Shown here: in pieces, positions 55,907-64,000 of the stretch
How the letters are laid out: each line of letters starts with the position of its first letter
Position numbering within the stretch: position 1 is the stretch's first letter
Assembly: GCA_951406725.2 (NCBI GenBank)
Contig: OX597821.1
Span: forward strand, 4,774,001-4,838,000
Source of the DNA: Octopus vulgaris
Lineage: Eukaryota
DNA: 64,000 nucleotides
Reading direction: 5' to 3'
Program-made: the position numbers and the translations under genes
The notes under the pieces: model-generated
The model's database searches: none
The model's input: the letters and a program-made list of their open reading frames with translations, nothing else
What the model was told of the DNA's origin: nothing

Positions 55907-56211
55907 ATACGTCTATCACTGGACGCACACACACACTCACACATGCACACAGACATACACGTATATGTGTGTTTGTGTTGGATGTGTATGGCTACTTTTT
56001 CGTTCATTCATTATATTTTGTCTACGCTGCTTATATTTTTTAGTCTTGTAATTATTCTCTCGATCTCTTTTATGGGGCCATAAATAAGCCAACATAGACT
56101 GGCAAACGATTGTCAGCAGAAAGGCATACATTCCTACACCCAAACCAACATACATAGATACAAACACGTCGATATATATATATATATTTGTATGTATGTT
56201 TTTATGTATTT

Positions 56212-56814
<603 letters not shown>

Positions 56815-56863
56815 GCAATATTAATTCTTTGAGAGAGAAGTAAACGGTAGGAGTAAGGAATCG

Positions 56864-57344
56864 TAAAATATAATTGCCAAATTGATGTGGCTGTCCCTTA
56901 GTGGACGATGCTGCTCTTAATTTCAGTCCCGGGAGGACATCTCCTCCACCTGGCTAACGACGCGCTGTTTGTGTTAGATTAGTATTAGCGAAAACAACAG
57001 TATCATCGTCCTCTATGCGACTGCCACATCTGCTTCGCAATTATATTTTAAAAGTCTGTACTGCTACTGTTTAGTTCTGGCACAGTGATTTAATATTGAT
57101 TATTTCTCCTTTTTCGAGATCAGTGACAGTTTGTCACTGGAAAAAGCAAATAGTATTTGCATATGGAATGATATTATCACACACTGATGATGGGTTACTA
57201 CTCAGAAACCCGGGTCTGTGTCTATCATGTAAGGCTAGACAACTATTAATCGGACACAGACAGTGTGTCGTTAGCCAGCTGGAGGAAATGTCCTCCGGGG
57301 AATAAATCAACAGTAGCATCGTCCACATCTATTTGGCAATTATA
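56864..57344 (+). mobile_element. Highly structured non-coding element with imperfect terminal inverted arms and an internal hammerhead
   Basis: 56869-56985 pairs with 57243-57344; 56864-56915 can alternatively pair with 56997-57050. Confidence 0.75.
57179..57221 (+). ncRNA. Type I hammerhead ribozyme (GUC site; predicted cut after 57216)
   Basis: acaca CTGATGA tgggt tact actca GAAA cccggg TC tgtgt; palindromic stem III ACCCGGGT. Confidence 0.85.
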
Positions 57345-57374
57345 AATATGTACATATATATTTATATAAATATA

Positions 57375-57530
57375 CGTCCGGTTTCTTTCAGCTATCGCAT
57401 ACCGAATTCTAAACACAACGCTTTATCCAAGCGTAATAGCAGAACAAAATAGCCCAAGATACAATGCAGTGGGACTGAACTCGGAACCTACTTTGCTGAG
57501 AACCAATTGTTTACCACAAAACTACGACTG
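57375..57530 (-). mobile_element. SINE family B 5' half, decayed
   Basis: gcccaagat..gcagtgggactgaactcggaacc matches the family B head. Confidence 0.6.
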
Positions 57531-58437
57531 CATTTATAAGCATCAGTAACTACATGCATACATACATACATACACACATACATACGTATATACGTACGTA
57601 TATACATATATGGATATATACATACATACGTGCATGCATACATACATACATAACTAAAGACATACATAAATATATAGTTCCATACATACATGGATACATA
57701 CATACATGCATACACAAATATGTACAAGCATAGATAAACACATACATACATGCCTACACCCATTCGTATATACATACAAACATGCATGCATTAATACATA
57801 CATAAACACATACATAAACACATACATACGTACACAAATACATAAATATTTACAAATATACATGTATACATACATACAAGCATACATAAATACATAAAAA
57901 CGCATACATACTTACATAATACATAAATGCGTAAAGACATACATGTATGCGCCAATGAATATAAGTAGAAATCCATCTCATTGGCTCTTTCTCTTTATAT
58001 TTCTAGTATATATCCACGCAATTTCTGTCACTTCCATCTACAGTGCGTTTTCAACATTTCGATATATTGTTGAGACAAGGTGTTAAGAAAATTGTAAATA
58101 TTTATTTTACAAATATATTTCTTTTCTTTTTTTCCCTTTTAAACGAGAATTTCAATGTGCGAACATTTCTATATTGAAATCGAATGTATAACATCCAACT
58201 TAAAAGATGCATCTAACAATTTGCAAAATTATATATGTACACACACATATGTATATCTATCTATACACATGTGTGTGCGTGTACTCAGGTGGGAGGGTGT
58301 ACATCCGTGGTTACATATGTTTTTTAAAAAAATGGGAATATATAAATATATTATTCCCCGTAATATTGTATATGCATATGCATGAAAACTTGATGTGTTT
58401 CTATTTGCCAGTGTGAGTGAGTGTATGAGAGATTGTG

Positions 58438-58513
<76 letters not shown>

Positions 58514-58525
58514 TATATATATACA

Positions 58526-58587
<62 letters not shown>

Positions 58588-59973
58588 CTTACATTTATAT
58601 ATATACACGGGTACACAGACTCTAAGTGTCAAACACATGCTTGCGTATAAACATATACATGAATTTTCAACGTACACAACTATATTAACAGCTATGTTTA
58701 TGTTTATGTATTAATGTATGTGTGTTATTATAAATATATATACATATATATATACGTATGTATGCATATATGTATATATATATGTGTATGTATGTATGTA
58801 AGTATGCACGTGTGTGTCTATGTATAAGCGCAGCCACACAACAAGCTCACGCAGACATATGTGTTGCCTATATTGATAAAATGAAGGTATTATCAAATAT
58901 TTTGTATTGATTCAAACTGTAAGTGTTGATAATTTAGTTTTAAAGCGTAGTTCTAGAATACCAATGAGAACTCTTCAACATTCTTCTTTTCCTATCATCA
59001 AAATTTGAAATCATATGTAATGACTTTATACTTATGTTACAGTGGTGTCACTCTGTTGTGATAGTTCAGTTGGTTATGATTTAGTGAAATATCTTATGAG
59101 ATTTGTAATTTCAGTACTAAGTAAACTTCTAAAACACAAGAGTTCACAAATAACCAGTTCATGAGGAGAATCGTTTGGAACTTGGATACAATGCTTAAGT
59201 TTTTTAGTTTCATTCATAATTACTTGCCGGTTCTTGAGGAATGATAGTTCTCTTCTGCTTGCAGTTCATTCTTTTGAAGCATTAGAAGTCGTTAGAATTT
59301 ATTGAATTCCTGGGAACGAGGGATTTAAGAATGAAGCAGTTACTTAGAAATTAGTTCCAGTCTCACTGTTACCAAAAAAAAAAAAAACAGTCATATACTG
59401 TGGTCGATATATTCCAATGTTCTGTCATCCAAGTTAAGTTTGCATCTAGCAAATAATTCGGGTTAGCACGCTCTTTCCGTAGCTTTAACTGCGCGTGTCT
59501 TTATTAAAATTAACAGGCTCTCCCCTGTTGAGTAGAACAACAAGCTCAAATACCATCATTATTTTTGCAATGTATAATGTTGGAAAACTTATCACAAATC
59601 TTAATTTTTGACTGATACTTAACCTTTGTCAATGAATTTGACAAATCAACAAAAATATATCCTTTTACGTTTATAACACAATCATAAGTAGTATTTTCAG
59701 TCTGTTTATGTTGGTGATTTTTTCTGTTATTAAAATTAAGGTAACAGCTTAAAGAGAAGATTTTTTTTTAAATTTTAATTTAGTTATCAACCCCAGTTTA
59801 AGCTCGTACTCATTATATCCTTTGCAAAATAGCGTCAAGTAAAATCGTTTTGAATGTATTAAATCAAAACTGGGAAACTAAAAGGCAAATAAAAATGTAC
59901 TTCGTCAGTACCAATATCAGCTTAAATCATGAGCACACTTCTATGTATGTGTGTAAGTATATACGTACATGCG

Positions 59974-60045
59974 TGCAGAGTGGCGCAGTTGAAGCGTGCT
60001 GGGTCCATAACCCAGAGGTCCGTAGATCGAAACTACGCTCTGCTA
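59974..60045 (+). tRNA. Initiator tRNA-Met(CAT) copy, probably a retro-pseudogene, fused to a SINE-like tail (60050-60097)
   Basis: tGCAGAGTGGCGCAGTTGAAGCGTGCTGGGTCCATAACCCAGAGGTCCGTAGATCGAAACTACGCTCTGCTA: initiator T-loop ATCGAAA and GGG/CCC anticodon stem; the A1:U72 pair and D-loop GG are altered. Confidence 0.85.
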
Positions 60046-60364
60046 AGTAGACTTTTAACGGTGGTGCATCAGCATGGTCGCAGCTCTGGGCTGAAACTAG
60101 AGAGAAAAAAAAATGTGTGTGTGTATGTATGTATCTAAATGGATAAATATATATTCATACATACATATATTTTGTGTGTGTATGTATGTGTGTGTGTGTG
60201 TGTGTGTTTGTGCGTGTGTGTGTGTCCCTTGAGAATCCGTTGTGGTCGAACATAAACGTGCATTTGGAACATCTATCGTAGAACTCCAAACAACCATGTC
60301 CGTGAAACCCGTGTTGGCGTAGACACTTTTTACATTATAAATTTATGTTTAAACCTTATTTTCC

Positions 60365-60418
<54 letters not shown>

Positions 60419-61449
60419 TATTTTAATTGTTGCATTCTTGGGACTGTAGGGAAGATTTAACGTATTTTAAAATCCAGTATAATAAAACTAATTCACCTAT
60501 ATGCCATGCGACCAGGGTTTATATGGCTTCTAATCTTTGGCCATATGAGTCCTTTGGCTTAAAACAGACTTAAGAGGCTGCAACACTGTGATCCTCTATA
60601 TTTTGATATAACCTTGATATTATTGTTTATCTTGCCATACATTTATAACTCTCATCGACGGACTGATTGATAACAATCTTGGTTTGTTTCAATATTATCC
60701 TCTTTAATATTCAGGATTTGTCGCAATAACTTTTGTTGAAATACTTCTCTGTGACGTATTTAGTAGTAGTGCCCGGTATCTGCCTTATGCACAGTTTAAA
60801 ATGTAGTCTTTCTTTTTTATTATTATCGTTGCTATTAGCATTATTTGGCCCCAGGCCAGTGCAGGTGTGGCAATCTATACTCAAAGGCTTTCTAGTAACA
60901 GTGACTAACAAATCGTAATCTGAAATCACTACCTCCAGTCTCTCCTCCATCTTTAACATAGGTACGTGTGATTTATTTCAAAATTGATTATTATTTCTAG
61001 CATCTTCTTGACCACTTTTATGCCTCCTTTTTACCCCTTGTTATCGTGTAGTGTGAGACACCCGCGGTTACAATTACATAAAGATATTAAATAGGGAACC
61101 ATTAAATGAATAACCATATTATAACTACACATTGCTTTCCATATTTAGTTGTTTCAATTTTAATTTTAACAATTCGTTATTAAAAAATATGTAAATATTA
61201 AAAACAAAATGCAAGAACATAATTAAAATTTTCGATGCTTCATTTAATTAATATTGTATAAATGAAGGACTCTTATCTTATTACATCAATATATTCAAGT
61301 TTGTGAGTGGTGTATGTGTTCGGAATGTCTTTTGTTCTGTACATACGTGTGTGAGTATGCAATTTTGTATTCATAAATATTCTAAGAGAATAATGGAAAA
61401 TGTGTAATATTTCTACATGTAAATGCACTATAAATATATATATATATGC

Positions 61450-61516
<67 letters not shown>

Positions 61517-63519
61517 TATGAATATACGCATATATATATATATATATGGATATACATACATACATACATACACACACACTGATATATATGTTTGTGTGCA
61601 TATATGTTCCAATATGCGTATTAGTGTATTTGTATTGTTTTTGTTTTTTGTTGTTTTTTTTTTTCACGTTTCTTTTTCTCTTCTCTTTCTCCACTTGCAA
61701 ATTTCGCCAGACTCCCTAATTATTGATGACTTTCATATATATGAGTCACTTTTGGAAAAATCTTTAAGTCCGTTCGGCTGAAGTTTCTACAAGTTCATCC
61801 TGTCAGCTTTACTACAGATGCAATATTCCCAATTCCCCAAGCCATAACGTGAATATTTGCCACTCTCATTATCTATAGAAGCATGTCAAACAGTTTAATC
61901 GATGCAACTGATCCTCCCTCTTATTGGTCATATTTTGAATTAGACGTGCGTTGGGGTGATAGATTGCTTGTGCGTGTGCGAGTGAGTGTGTGAGTGATAG
62001 AAAGAGAAGACTCGTTGAGGGAGACAAAGAGAGGTTAGAAAAGAAGACAAATAGGTGAAAGTTGAAAGTGGAAGCATTACAATTGACAAGTGTGCTGTCT
62101 TTATTCAAGTGGTGATGTCATAATAACCTTGCACAAAGAATGGAAGAAAACAAACAAAATGCAAATATGTACATGATGGTGCGTATATTTATGTATTTCT
62201 ATAGTTTTCTCGCGATGACCTGAAAGTGTTGTATGAGTGTTGAATCAGTTTATTGACATATGGAGACCTAAGTTTGTAATCTTGTCGAAAGAATTTCGCT
62301 TGTCTTTCTTTATAATTGTTATTTATTTATTTTGATTGTATGGTTTTTCTTTAATATTTTTCATCATTTTATATAAAGCAGATGGTTGTGTTGATTGAGC
62401 TCTGAACGAGTAGCCGAGGGCTCGACTGTTCGTGTTTTGTTATAGGCGGATTGTAAGTAGATATGAATGGATGTTATAGTTCACTGCTGCTGTTAGCAGA
62501 TAAAATACTGTAACATTCACGAACCTCTCGTTGAGGTGCACAGCTGACTTCGCAATCTCTCGTTGGAGAAAAATGCAGAAATTTTAGGCGCTACTGTTGT
62601 ATTTTAATTACATTTTTTTTATATATATTTGTACATAAAACTAAATATATAATAAATATGATACCCTTCAGCCTTGAGGGTAAAAGAGATTAATTTTGTG
62701 CATATTTGTTTAACATTTCATTTTCGCTGATTTTAAACCACACAGCAAGTTGTCGTAGTCACACTCGGCAAGGAAAAGCTATAAATCCTTAGAGATTCAA
62801 GTTTAAGGAATGCTATGATGTCAAGTTAAAGATTAGTCCATTTTAATTTCACCAGTTGTAGCCTATACAAAAGAAGTAACGTCACACAATGTCGTAAGTC
62901 CCACTAAAAAATAAATTGCCTTCTGGGAAATTAAAAGCAAAATTATTACAGGACCATGAGTTGGTGATGGAAGTAAAGTATTTATACTCTTCATCTGTGT
63001 AATGTATGGCAACTACGTTCGATTACCGATCAATCATTTCTGTGACGCCATTACACAAAACGTGACATATGACACAAAAAATAATGAGTTATACAAAATA
63101 TATCTTCATTATGGATATCTGTTTGTGCTCCTGTAAGTTCACAAAATATTAATATATAGGGAATAGTTAGATTTCCGCATAACGGTTTCCATGGCCGAAT
63201 TTATCATTAGTACACATACGATGGTAACTCTCAAATATATCTTCAAATTTTCCAAATTGGTTCGAGAGCCTCTAGCTTTTGTTCGATTTACTTAAAGTTG
63301 CAGCTAACCAATTCTGAAATTACTATGAACTATCTTACGTAGTAACGAGGCGTCCGATAGTCTATCGTTATTCATCGCTAAAAGGACGGCTAGGACACGA
63401 CTCGAAAGCATCTGATCACACGCTTGCTCAATATAAGGTTTTTATTTATTTACACATTCCGTTGTTAATCGCAATATTTTACTACGCATCCATACCCTCG
63501 CCTTTTTCTACTATATAAT

Positions 63520-63730
63520 ATCGTTGGAAATTTTTGCACCATGCCAGCAATTTTCGCGGAGGGACTAATTCATTTAAACCGACCCACTAGTGCTCAACTG
63601 GTACTTCTTTTATCGACCCGAAAAATGCAAGCAAAGTCAACCCCAGTAGCATTGGAACTCAGAACACCTGATGAAATTATGCCAGGCACCTTGCCTGGCG
63701 AGCTAACGTCTCTTCCAGCTCAGTACCTTT
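63520..63730 (-). mobile_element. SINE family A, decayed
   Basis: ctggtacttcttttatcgacccgaaaa..gcaaagtcaacc..gaactcagaac. Confidence 0.7.
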
Positions 63731-63947
63731 GTCTACAATATAATAAAAATATAATATACAGATCAACATACAGACGAATAGGTACATCGTTTATAAGAAA
63801 AGACAAGCACACATACGCAAATGGAAACTGAAACACATGACCATATACGCACACTCACTTTACTCCATACAAGGACACGGTTCCACACATATAGAGATGC
63901 ACATCCATACATACAAACCTGGTACATAGTTTCAAAACACACACATA

Positions 63948-63991
<44 letters not shown>

Positions 63992-64000
63992 TGCACACAC

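Noticed and set aside
60500-61870. Faint resemblance to LINE ORF1 or endonuclease start on the minus strand
   Set aside because: Similarity is too weak and the order of the pieces is inconsistent with one element.

Overview
AT-rich eukaryotic intergenic or intronic DNA saturated with microsatellites ((TA)n, (TG)n, (GATA)n, (TAA)n) and tRNA-derived SINEs. The repeat content resembles an octopus genome (inference from recall, not a search). No host protein-coding exon is supported; almost all ORFs in the track are translated microsatellites. Decayed coding relics of R4/Dong-like, Penelope-like (two types), L1/Tx1-like and Tc1/mariner elements are present, plus a non-autonomous Helitron. Two less obvious signals stand out. 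(1) Several unrelated non-coding elements, mostly beside (TA)n tracts, carry minimal type I hammerhead ribozyme folds with palindromic or near-palindromic stem III, in tandem and inverted arrangements. One has a compensatory G3-C8 core swap, and one lies inside a ~480-nt structured region rich in G-U pairs. (2) A 5S rRNA copy and an initiator tRNA-Met copy, 25 kb apart, are fused at a TTTT run to the same ~47-nt SINE-like tail, suggesting a route that retroposes Pol III RNAs. All folds and translations were done by eye; repeat boundaries are approximate.
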